Assembly (NCBI GenBank): GCA_934746515.1
Contig: CAKVFH010000001.1
Span: forward strand, 36,142 to 100,141
Direction of reading: 5' to 3'
DNA: 64,000 bases
Source of the DNA: an uncultured Clostridia bacterium
GTDB lineage: Bacteria; Bacillota; Clostridia; Christensenellales; UBA1242
Under the pieces are notes generated by a model, which was given only the letters and a program-made list of their open reading frames with translations, was not told where the DNA came from and made no database searches. Positions 32,026 through 44,200 of this stretch are shown here, piece by piece. Numbering within the stretch: position 1 is the first letter of the stretch; each line of letters begins with the position of its first letter. A program made the position numbers and the translations under genes.

Positions 32026-32172
32026 ACAAAAATTATTATTTTTTGTGCTTGTTTGAAAATTTTTTAGTCACTTTTTTTTGAACAATAATTTTTCTTTTTC
32101 ATAAATTTAACTTAAACATAGAAATTGCATGTTTTTAGCGGTTTGTTATAAGTTTTTAAATAAAATTTCCAC

Positions 32173-32205
32173 AAAAAAAGATAGGAGATTAGTCCTATCT
32201 TTTTT
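32173..32205 (-). terminator. Intrinsic terminator downstream of giant ORF2
   Basis: The minus strand reads GATAGGA-ctaatc-TCCTATC followed by T7. It starts ~26 nt after the TAG stop (32233-32231). Confidence 0.75.
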
Positions 32206-32230
32206 GAATTTTTGTCCAATAAATATAAGT

Positions 32231-35200
32231 CTACTTGTAAACACTATTGATTGCGTCTCTAACCATTTTATCAATTTCATATTCAGTGACTCTATTAAAT
32301 TGTACAAGGTTATTGTCTGTGTCAATACCAAACATTTGTTTAAACAAGCCTGCTCGTGATTCAAGTATCACACCGGACAATGCTTTTTGAGCCTCATACT
32401 TGGAAACATCACTACCAATTCTTTCAACTGTTGAATATAGGAATACACCTGCACCAACAGCTGCAAGACCGATAGCAATATCAGCAATCCAACCAATTGG
32501 TGTAATTTGTGAAACAGCAAAGGTAATAGCTGTGGCAATATAAGCAATTACCATAATTGTATCCACAACTTTATCATATTGCGTTTTATAATCAAGTGGA
32601 TTTAGATTAAAAAATCTTGTTGGGAGTCTCAAGTTTGGATCTTCACAAATTGTGACTGTTGGTGTCATTGCTTCAATTTTATCTTTACTGCTATAGAAGT
32701 CTTTTGCAGCAAATGCAGCTGAAGCAGTTGACGTTGCCAAATAGTTATCCACACGATTGCTACTAGCTTGATACATTGTCGCCATTGGAGCCATTGGATG
32801 CTCAAGCGAAACAACATCATCAATAAATTTTGTTGCTTGATCTTTTACACTTTTATCAGCATTTGCAAAGTTGAATGATAAAGCATTGCCGACATGTCCA
32901 TCAGAAACTGTGAATGTTGGAGTTCCAACCGTGCAAGTGAATGCAGTTTTTACTGGAGCATAATACTTGTAAGCTTTTATACCAAATGCATCTTGTCTAG
33001 GCTTAGATTCTTTTCCAGTAAAGAATTTTTTAATACCATTCCATGCGTTTGCAATCGCACCAACACGACCAGCTTGGAAGTATTGTTGACTGTATCTTTC
33101 CTTCATTTCAATTACTGAAACAACAAGATCTGTTTGCTTAATATGGTTAGAAATGAAGTTTGTCGAAACTGCAGTTCTTGAAAGGGCATTAACATCAATT
33201 TGACTGACTTTCAAGAATTTGGTTGTTGAATCATCATATCTTGAATCGTATTTTCTAGGAAGATTTGCAATGTAATATTTTGCCTCACTAACAATATCTG
33301 CCTTTGTTGAATTTCTATTTAAAATGAGATTTACAGCACCAATAGCAAAATCATAGAATGTTGAATATTTGTAGAATGAAGAACTTCTGTTTGCATCATC
33401 AAACAAGTAATCCATTTGTAACTGGATATATGAGAGTGGGTTATATGTTGAAATATAACTATAATACTTGGTTGCAGTAACTCTTGTATCGTTGTTTGAA
33501 GTATTTTCAAAAATAAATTCAAGCAAGTCGAGAACCATTTGTCCATCATTGATAACATACAAATTGTATGACTTATAAATGAATGAGAAGTATGTGCTGT
33601 ACGATTCAATCATTCTGTTTTCAGAATTTTCTTCGTCTTTTGACATAACTCTTCCGAATATCTTTGAGAAGCCATTTACATTTGATGTGCTATAAATTGA
33701 AGTTGGATTAGATTCTGAAGCACCACTTCTGCTGAGCATTGAAATATTTCCTGTTTCATTATTTCCAACAACAGTTTTTACTGTTGGATTCACAGCTTTC
33801 AAAGTGTAGGCATAGATAAGTGAAACTTTTACATTAAGGTTTGGCATTTGGAAATACTTTCCATTTTCATAGCTATATCCGCCACCATAAAGGTTTTGGA
33901 AGAAACCATTTGCTTCTTTACCTCTTCCAATGTAGTTTGCATCGTTTTCGCCTGTGATGTTAGAATCATATCTAGTTCCGTTTCTTTCAGCAATAGTTGT
34001 AGGTGAGTAAACTAAAGCATTTTTATCATTGCCATAAGTATAATCAACAACAATACCAATTCTTTGAAGGTTAGCGACTGAAATGTCTTGTCGTTTCTTT
34101 TCAGCGGTTGTAAGTGCTGGATTTTGATTTATGATAACTTCAGGAAGAGAACCATCTTCATAATAAATTTTTAAGGTAAGAGTAATTGATGTAACAATTC
34201 CAATTGATGAAGTTGATGTCTCAAACTTGATTGAAGACAAGAACGTCTTTTCAACACCTTCAGTGTTTTTGAAGGTTGCTGTAATCTTGTTAGAAAGTTG
34301 AGTAAATTGACTACTATCAATCATGTAACCACCAACACTGATTGTGAATAATTTTTCTTTTAATTTATATAATTTTTCACCAGAAGTTGAATCTGTTCCA
34401 ATATAATCAACAAACTTACTCTTGTCGGTTATACCTGGGGTAATGTTGGTTGATGTAATATTGTAGAATCCATGTTTAGAAGCGGTTTCGTCAACACTTG
34501 TCTTGTAAACAATTATTCTCAAATATTCTTGTGCTAATTCATAATCGCTGTCAAGTGGATCATTTGCTTTCTTAATAAGACTTGTTACATAGTTTAATTC
34601 GTATTTTGATTTATCATTGATATACTTTTCGCCATTTTTTGCAAGTCTTCCAGCAACAACATAACTCTTGCCACTTATTTGTATGTATGCTAAACCTGTT
34701 GATGAGAATAGAATATCTGTAGATTTAATTTTCTTTACATTGAATATATCATCGGCTGGGGTATCAAGTTTTGCTGCACTAAAGTCAATTGTATAAACAA
34801 AGTTCTCATTTGCATAAATTGTTTTTCCACCACATGAGTTGCCGGCTGCTGGGTTATGATTTTCTTCAAGGAAAGATGAATTGAATTCTACATAGTTTTC
34901 ACTTCCACCTTGGTTATATGGAATTACAAGGTATGCATAATTTTCAACTTTTTCAACTTTATTTTCATAGGTTATCTTGTTTGAATAGTTTTCTTCAGAT
35001 AATTGATCGCCAGTCTTACTGAGCTTATCTTTTGGTTGAATATTATAGTATTTGAACGATTGAACAACCCAAATGCCATAATCATCTTTATAAATCTCAA
35101 ATTGTTTAGAGTCGCCAGCGCTTGTTGCATAAGCTGAAGTCATTTCAGTTCCGCCAGTGACTTCCTTTCTTGCAAGAGCTGGAATGTAATATTGACCATC

Positions 35201-38200
35201 TGAATTTTTTTTATAAACAAGGAAGCCTGCAGCTTTTGAAAGGGTAAAGTCGATCATAGAGTTCAAGATTGGAGATGGAGTAGCCATCATAAATTTCTTG
35301 TAAATAGATCTTATGCTTGGTTGTTCCATTTCTGCAGTTATGAGTGTTCCATAGTTGTCAAACAATGTGTAAACAAGTCTGTCATCACCAGAAACATCTT
35401 TGTAAGTATAAGCTCTTGTCTCTACAGCTCCAGCTGAATCGCCTGTGCCTTGCGATGCAATGTTTGCAATAAAGCTATAGTCGTTTATGCCATCAGATGT
35501 AACAGCGTTTGCATAATCTTCATCATCGAGATAATAGCTAAAGTATTTATCATAGATTGTGCTATTGTTTCTGTCACCATAAATTGTTGTGTTATAGGTG
35601 TGAGCTGGGTTTTCCCAAGTTTTATTTGTTGTTTTTTCATATTCTTCAATATATCTTTCTGTGTAAGCAATATAGCTATCTGCTTCCGATTTTGAACCAT
35701 CTTCAGCATTATAAATGCCACGCTCTGTTTCATTAAGCTCAATTGTGAGTGTGTATGAAATTGCATTGAAGAATACATAAATTCCAAGATTGTTTGTAAA
35801 TCCACCAAAGAAGATATAATTTTTCTGAGTATTGTTATCTTCAGGGAATTTAACATATTGATCGACTCCAGAGCCCAAAATCTTAATTTTTGACTTATCA
35901 GTTGTTCCATTATCAGTTCTTGACTGATTCATAAAGTATGTATAATTTGCAGCATTTAATAGGTTGGACGAACCGCCCTCATATTTTCTAACGACTGATA
36001 AAGATTTTGAGTAGTTATAGTCTGACGATATTGAATATGAATCATCAAACAATTTAGTTTTAACATCTTTATATCTTTGATCAGTTTCATCAGTGATTTT
36101 AAGGGTTGTGTTTATTGTTCGAACTGAAGTCATTTGATTCTCATTTTCTTTTGCAAGAGAATAACCCAAGTAGCTGTTGCCATTTGTTGGTCTTGCTGTA
36201 ATCATTGCAAAACCATTGTGTTCAACAAGCATATTTCCTCTTACAGATCCAGCTGAAGTTGAATCTTCTGGTTTAGAATTTTCATCATAAAGTTGAGAGA
36301 ACAAACCTTCACGAATCGTTCCATCTGGTTGAGTGTTGTTTGTTAAGATTGAAACATCATCTTTATTTTTGATTGAAGACAAATCAACCTTTGTGACTCC
36401 AATTGTATACATAACTGGAGCATAAACAGCGAAGATTGTAAAGTTTCCATTGATTGGGAGATTGATGTCATAGCAAATTGCACTAATGTTGCCTTTAGCA
36501 TCTGATTCATAAGAAACTTTGCCGTTTGTGCTGTTATCAATACATTCATAGTCAACTGAAATAAATTTTAACAAATTGAAGCTTGAATAATATTCAAAAC
36601 CTTGCAATCCGTCAAAGATATTTCCGCCTGAAGTTAAAATGTAATGCAAATATGTTGAACCGGTTGACACAAAATCAGGAACTAGCAAGAATCCTTTGAG
36701 ATAATATCCAGCATAAACTTTAGCTCTAATGCTTGTGATGTTTGCTTGTGATGAAGCCAAAGATAGTTGATTGTTTGAAGGGGTAGTGTATCTATCAACA
36801 TTCCTGTATGAATAAACTGCATCATTTTTGCTTGCAATGTTTACTTGGATTGTGCTTAAGCCGAGATTGTCAATTCTTCTTACAAAGTATGACATTCCTT
36901 CGAAAATACAAAGTGAATTCTTGATTAGTGTTGAACTATTAAAGTTTGCAGGATCCGAATACATATTTGAAGTAATATTGCCAGCATCATTTTGAGTGAT
37001 TACAAAGTAAATTGATGTATTAGTGCCATCACCATTATCATATTGATATGGGATAACTTGAGTGTTACCTGTAACATTTATTGCACCAACATTGGCAATA
37101 TATTTCTTTTTGTTGTAAGTAATGTTTTTGTAAATCTTAATGATGTTTGTTCCACCATTATCACTTGTTTTATAATAATCTGTATTTACTCTAAATTTGT
37201 CAGAGAAGGTGTAGTTTGTGTATTCAGTGCCTTGATTGCCATCTTGATCTGAACCATAAATTCTTGCTTTAGAGCTTACATCGTTACAATCTGGGAGAAC
37301 GAGTTTGATAAAATCATTTGGATCTGTGCTTTGAGCATAAAGAACATAAGGATCAATTGGATTGTTTGATGAATCTTTATTTACAAATGTTGGAATATCA
37401 TATTTAACAACTCCAAGTTGAATGAATGTTGGGTAAACATAATAATTATGCAACTTCATATATTTGTAAGTATCTTCATCATAAATTTTAGTTGTTTCAA
37501 GCGAATTTACTTTAACCATGCTAGTTTCATTGAATGGGAATGAACTATACAATTTAAGGTTGCTTCCGATATAAAATTGTGTTCCATCAATTTTAACATA
37601 GTTATATTTGTCAATAGTTTCAATTGATGAAGAATTAAAGTTGAATGTTTTTCCTATACAAGTTATATCTGAAACAGTGACAGAAAATTGGTATTCATTC
37701 GAATATACTCCGCCGGAATAATTGTTATAGAATTTTCCTTTATAATAGTAAACTTCTCGCAATATGTTGGTGAATCTATCAATAAATTTATACAAATAAG
37801 TACCAGCACTAGTATCACATGCAACTTTTCGATTTTTAAATCTATTACTACCAAATATTGCATATTTATAATAAACATCTGCATACCAACTATCTGGATT
37901 AAAGTAGTCTTTGTAGAGTGAGCCATCAATCAAATAATACTCATCACCATTATAGGTGTATTTAGTTATCTTATTTGTTTCGGCTGCCATGTAGTTGTAC
38001 TTAATTTCAATGTTATTAACATTGCTTGAATCACCATCTTCAAAATCTGTATTAAAGATGTATGAGTTATCATCACCACTAATCTCTAGAAGTGCATCTT
38101 CATTTGAATTTACAACAATTTTGCGTTTAATTGTCTTTTTTGTATACGAATTTTTGAAGTCTTGAAGTTTTTCTTGAAGTCTAGTCTTTTCTTTTTCTAG

Positions 38201-41200
38201 AGCGGCAATTTCTTCATCTCTTCCAACATAATTTAGTCCTTTATTCTTAATGAAGATATCCATGTCTATTTTCTTGATTTTTTTGGTGTAATCACTGATT
38301 TTTTCTTGTCTTGCAAGACTATCTTCCATGTAATAGGTTTCAATTTTTCTTGCACCAACAAGAACGAAATTAGTTATTTCTTTACCATCTTCAAGTGTAA
38401 TTACAGGGCCAGTTTCTTCACGATATTCAGCGTATGAATAATTTTCAGACTGGTAGTTATATTGCAAAATACCATTAGAAAGGGTGTAGATTGATTTACT
38501 TGTGTTATACCAACTCTTAAATGATGCTGGCATTGTATCAACAGTTTTTTCAATCATTGTCTTAAATGAATCATTTTCATTAACTGTAAAGTTATTGGCA
38601 AAACTTGATTCAAACTTTGTTCCACCAACCATTGCTTCAGATTTTTCACCAAGAATGAGATATAATAGTTCATAAACTGTTATTGAATAGTCGCTGTAAT
38701 CTACATCAAAGTAATAACCTTCACTTCTTGGGTCATATTCAACTTCCATGTTGTTGAATTCAACAAACTCATCATCAAGTGCATCTTTAACACTTTCAAG
38801 ATAAATTTTTCCATCGCAGAAATAGTAAAGTTTGTTATTGAATACGAATGACATTGCATGAACTGTTTTTCCGGTTGTTGTTTTTATCTTAATGTCTTTA
38901 ACTGCATTTGCTTCAACATCTGTAACATTTCCCAAATTGTCAAAATATTTTGAACCTTCACTAGAAATGTTATCAACATCTGTTTTATAAATGTAGTCAA
39001 CTTCTCTGATATCAACAAATGGAACAGCGGTTTGTTTTTTGTTAGCCAAAAGAACATCGTGTCTCTTTTCTTTTGTTTTAACCAAGAACAAGTATTGTTT
39101 TGGATAAATTAGGTCTGCATTTAGTCTATTTGCATAAGCAAAAAGATTGAATGTGTTATCAACATCAAAGTTATTCATTGAGTAAAGTTGACTTGGGTAT
39201 GTTTCTGTGTTTTCTTCAGTATACAAGAAACCTTCATGTTCGTGAATTTCATAACCCGAATAACTCTTTTGTGATGATGTGTTAAGTTGTTTAACACTGA
39301 TTGAACTTCCAATACCAATAATCTTCGCAACAACATTATAGCCTGAATTCAAATCATTGCTTGTATTGATAAGGTTTCCAACGCCATTATCAATTGTGAA
39401 TGATGAAGAATTATCAGCTGCAATAATTGCAAAAATAAATTTATTATTGGCATTTGCATCAGCATTAAAGTTTGCTAGGAATGAAGTGTTACTCCTTGGC
39501 AAGAATGTGTAACTGATTAAATCCGAATTGCTAATGTATGAAGAAATAGAAGAAAGAGTAGTCATAAGTGTGCCTGGGGATAGGTTTCTAGCTTGAGCAC
39601 TTGTGAATGTCAAGTAGTTGTAAACACAAACATCATATCTCAAGTCAGTTCTTTTTCTCATAACACCATTTAATGCATTTTCTTTAACATACATTACTGG
39701 GATTTTGCTTGCATCAAGAATATTATATTTAATGTTAACACTTTCACCATCACGAACAAAGGTGTAAGCATATCTGTTTGCATAATCGGTGCCTGAACCA
39801 AAGTTGATTGCTGTTCCATCTCCAGTGAGTGTAAATGGAGCATCAATTGTGCCAGACAAACCATTTGTTGAATACAAAATCTTATAATATTTTTGTGTTT
39901 GAATTTTTACAATATTTTCATTTGCGAAAGATCCGCCCAATTGCCATGAAACAATTGCACCAATTGATGACTGAATTTCAAACATAACTTCTTGTGTTTT
40001 GTTTTCGCAATAAGCATTTTCGCAACTTAATGCATAAGGCAAGCTGTCGTTGATATACAAATACAACTTGGTTGCATCTGTACCGCTTGACTTGTCTTGT
40101 TCACGGAAGTCGTTAAGTTTAATGTTAAATCTAGCTTGTTGAGCAATTAAGTTTTGACCATAAATAAACTCAAAGTAATATTTGCCGTTTTCTGACTTAT
40201 ATGTGCAATAAGAAATTGTCAAAGAATCTGTGATTGTTTCATCTGTTGGGTACAAATCAATTGCATTTGTTACGCCATAGTCTTTTCCAAAACTATCTGG
40301 CTCATTCCATCTAACATTTTCAAGAACAGTGTAGGTTGTTGTTGAACCAGCTGAACCAATTTGAATATCTAGACCAAGAGTTGCATTTGTATATTCAAGT
40401 TCAAGTGTGGTTTTCTTTACATTTTCTTTACCAACACAGTGAAGAACCAAAGTAGGAAGGTCGTCAGAAATTGAGTTAGAATCATTAAATAGTTGCATAA
40501 ACTCGCCGTAAGAGATTGAAAGAGCTGAATCGTTTGTGCCAAGTGAAGTTCCTTGTACATCTCTATTGTCTATTGTGTTCATGTAATCACTAAGGTTAGT
40601 ATAGCTATTTGAAGTTTTATTCTTGAAACAATAGTAATCAAATGAAAGATAAGCTGAGTTGAATACAAGTGAAAGTGGTTTTGCAAATTGATAGGTGATA
40701 TCGTAGTAGTAAACACCACGAGCTGTTCCTGAACCACCGATTGTTCTCATTTCATCACTATCATAAACATAATTAGAAATGGTTACGTCGTCTGAAGCTG
40801 AAATAAATGGATTGAGAGCAAAGACATCATCACCAACACCAGCCGTCAATACACTGTTTGTAAGTTCGGTGCTATATTCACCATTTGATGAGTTATAGTA
40901 AGCTGGGTGAATATAAATTCTGATAATGCCACGAGTTTTATAGTTATAGGTAATGTTATTGTTTTTGTCATCATTCATATTTGAAGTGTTGACATAAGCA
41001 ATATTTTCACCATTCCAAACACCAGCTGAAGTAAATGAACCATCAATATGAGCTGATTTAGCTGATACACCACCAATTTTGATGATATCAAAGTTACTGA
41101 AACCATCCATAAATTGGATATTACCTGTAGATTTATTTACAAGCATTGTGTTAGAGAATTTTGAATCTTTGATTGCTGGATCGGTTACAAAATCACTAAT

Positions 41201-44200
41201 TAAAATTTCAGAACTATCAACTCTCATATAGTTTGCAACATCTTTTAGGTAAGATAAGATTCTAGCGTTTGTTACAAAGTTTTTACCATCATACTTGCCA
41301 AAGTTAGATGAGAATTGTTCAGACAAATAGTTGGCAGGGTAGAACATATTGAGTGATGAACCATCATAGCCAGAAATAGAAGCATCATTTTCAGTTACTG
41401 AAATATGCAAGATTGTTATTGGTCTTGTTGTTACCGTGTAACTTGACTCAACACCAAGCGCAGCCAAGTTTGTTGTCACTTTCAAGACAACTTTTGTGAA
41501 GAATCTTTGACCAAAGCTGTCAGTAACAATCACTGAACGATCAAGATCAATTTCAGCAGATGAACCTGTAGCCATTGTTATAGTGAACAAATCTTTATTT
41601 TGAGAATTTTGATCGTAAGTAAAGTCAATCATCGCATTAGATCCAGATCTAATCTTGTCGATATATTCATCGTCACCAGCCTGGAATTCCAATGTATAAA
41701 CTGTGCCAGCGCCATAATCTTCACCTGAACCATAATTTCCATTGTTAGCATTTGGTTTAGAGAGTTGTTTTGCTTCGCCGAAAACAGCATAGATATAAAC
41801 ATCAGACATAACGGTGAATGTGAATGAGAATCCAACTTCTTCAACGCTATAGAGTTTATAGCTTGTTTTGCCGTCATAAGAAATCATGAATCCAGAGAAG
41901 CTATCGTTTCTGTATTCCGCACGAAGACTTACAGTAAGTTGTGTGTACATTGAGAAGTATTTTCCAACAACAGCTGAAATAACTGGGGTATCAGCAATTG
42001 CATTTAATTCATCTGTAGTCAAAGTATGTGGGTTCTTAAATACATAAACAGTTAAATTATCTTCACTTAAGAAGTATTTATTTGAACCAACATAGGTTAC
42101 AAAACCTGGCGAACCAATAGTTGTATAGTTAGAAATAAAGTAGTAGTAATTTTCTGGACTTGTTCCACCTCTAGTTACTTGATAGGTAACAAGAGTTTCA
42201 TAATAATTTCCTTCAAACAAATAGTAAATCGTGCCACCAATATTAACATAATCAATTTCATTAGCATACTTTTGTGTGTTGTTAATGTTATCTTGAGTAA
42301 TGTCGCTTGCAGTAACAGTAATGAGAGAATTTACATCGTTTTCAAACACTTTGTCAGGTGCGATTGGTTTAACTGTAACCTTTAGTGAATTTTTGCTATC
42401 GTTTACGGTGATAACGATTTTGTCTTCTGAAATATCATTTAAGATATTGTCATAGTATCCACGCATGCTTGGACCAGTTTTACCAAACTTCAAGTTGTAG
42501 TTTGGTTGTTCATTCACATTTGTTGAAAGTGTTACGCTATCTCTGATACTGTTGCCGTAAACAGGCAATGAAATTCCTGTTACTGGGGTATCCGATTCAA
42601 CTGTAAGTGAATCATCAAGGAATTTGAAGTCATTTTCAACACCAATCTCACTTATATAGTATGTGCTCATAACTGGTGCAGACATTCTGATTACGGCTTG
42701 GTCAGTTGCAATGAATTTAGCACCCAAAATTGAGTTGTCTGTTGAGTCTTGAACATAGTAATAAGGCATTGTCACTTGACCTTTCAAGTGTATTGAAGAC
42801 ATGTCTGAATATTTAACATCAATGTTCTTATATTCAACATATCTTGCCCAATAGGTTCCTTTTTCTATAGGAACACCACCTGAACCAGGTGTTGCACTTA
42901 CGAGATATGCAAGTCTTCCACTCATATATCTGTACCAACCAGTAAAGATATAAAGTTTTGAGTCAATTGAAACAGTTTGTGGGGTATTCAAGAATGTTGT
43001 GCCACCTGAACCATAAGATGTCGAAGTAACCTTATTTCCATCAAGAGAATATACTTGATAAACAAGATCTGTGTTAGAAGATGCTATCGTGCTCACATCA
43101 TTATAGTTAATAATTAAAGATTTATCTTCATTAACATAGAATGAAATTGAGCTATTGCTTGACATCAATGTATTAACACTGATTGAATTCCAATACCATC
43201 TAGAATTTGCAATATTTGAATCAAATTCAAGTTTTGTTCCATAAGGAACTGTGATTGTAAATGTGCCATTTGCTGCTTCAGCATCAATACCAGGAATATC
43301 AGATGAAGAAGAGTAAATAGTATTTCCAATTGTATACTTAATAACATTTGTGTGATAGTTATTTGAAACATTTACATCAAATGAAAGGTTTTTATTGTGT
43401 GTTACACTTCCATTATCTCTCATGTCAACATAAACTGTAACAAGTTTAAGGAATCTTGCTTCAATAACAACATCACTCGCTGCATTAAGGTGAATATCAA
43501 ATGATTTTCTGTTGAATGAATCATCAACATATTGACCATTTACATAGTAACCAGCAAACACATATTCTGAATCAACTGAAACTTCACTATGAACAATTGA
43601 ATAAGTTGAGTTGAATACGTAAGAAGAATTGTCGCCTTTTTCAGCACCACCAGTTGTTTTAACTTTGATGCTTGAATAGTTGATTGAACCACCATATTCG
43701 CCAGTTGCCAAACTTCCGTCTTCACGAACAGTTGTTGTGATAAAGCTGAATGTGTAGAAGTTATCAACAGCTGATAAAATATTATAATTTGAATTTACAT
43801 CATAAACTTTACCGGCTTTTTTGATTTGTGCAAGATTTACATCTTTTCCATCAATATAGCCTGCACTTGTTGACAATCTATCACTATTTGCATCTCTTGT
43901 GGCTTGCAATGAGTTTCTATAGTTGAATGAGAAATTATTTACTTGCGAACTCAAGAATGGGAATTTGTTTTGAGGCAACGAACTATCTTTTGTTCTCTCA
44001 TAGTTTATTGAATTGATGATATAGTAGAAACCATCTTGTGGGGTAATGGTTGTTGCGGTATCACTACCATAAGAACCAACGGCAGTTTCAAAGCCAAAGT
44101 ATGTTCCTACCAAAACTTCAATTTTAACTTGAACTCTGTCTTTTGTGATTGTTGAAATTGCCAAGATTCTATCATCACGAACATTAGTTTTAACATAGTT

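Noticed and set aside
32129-32364. Overlapping 76-aa (+) and 72-aa (-) ORFs at the 3' end of ORF2
   Set aside because: They span the ORF2 terminator hairpin and the last codons of ORF2 in other frames. They have no SD and no recognisable motifs. They are spurious.
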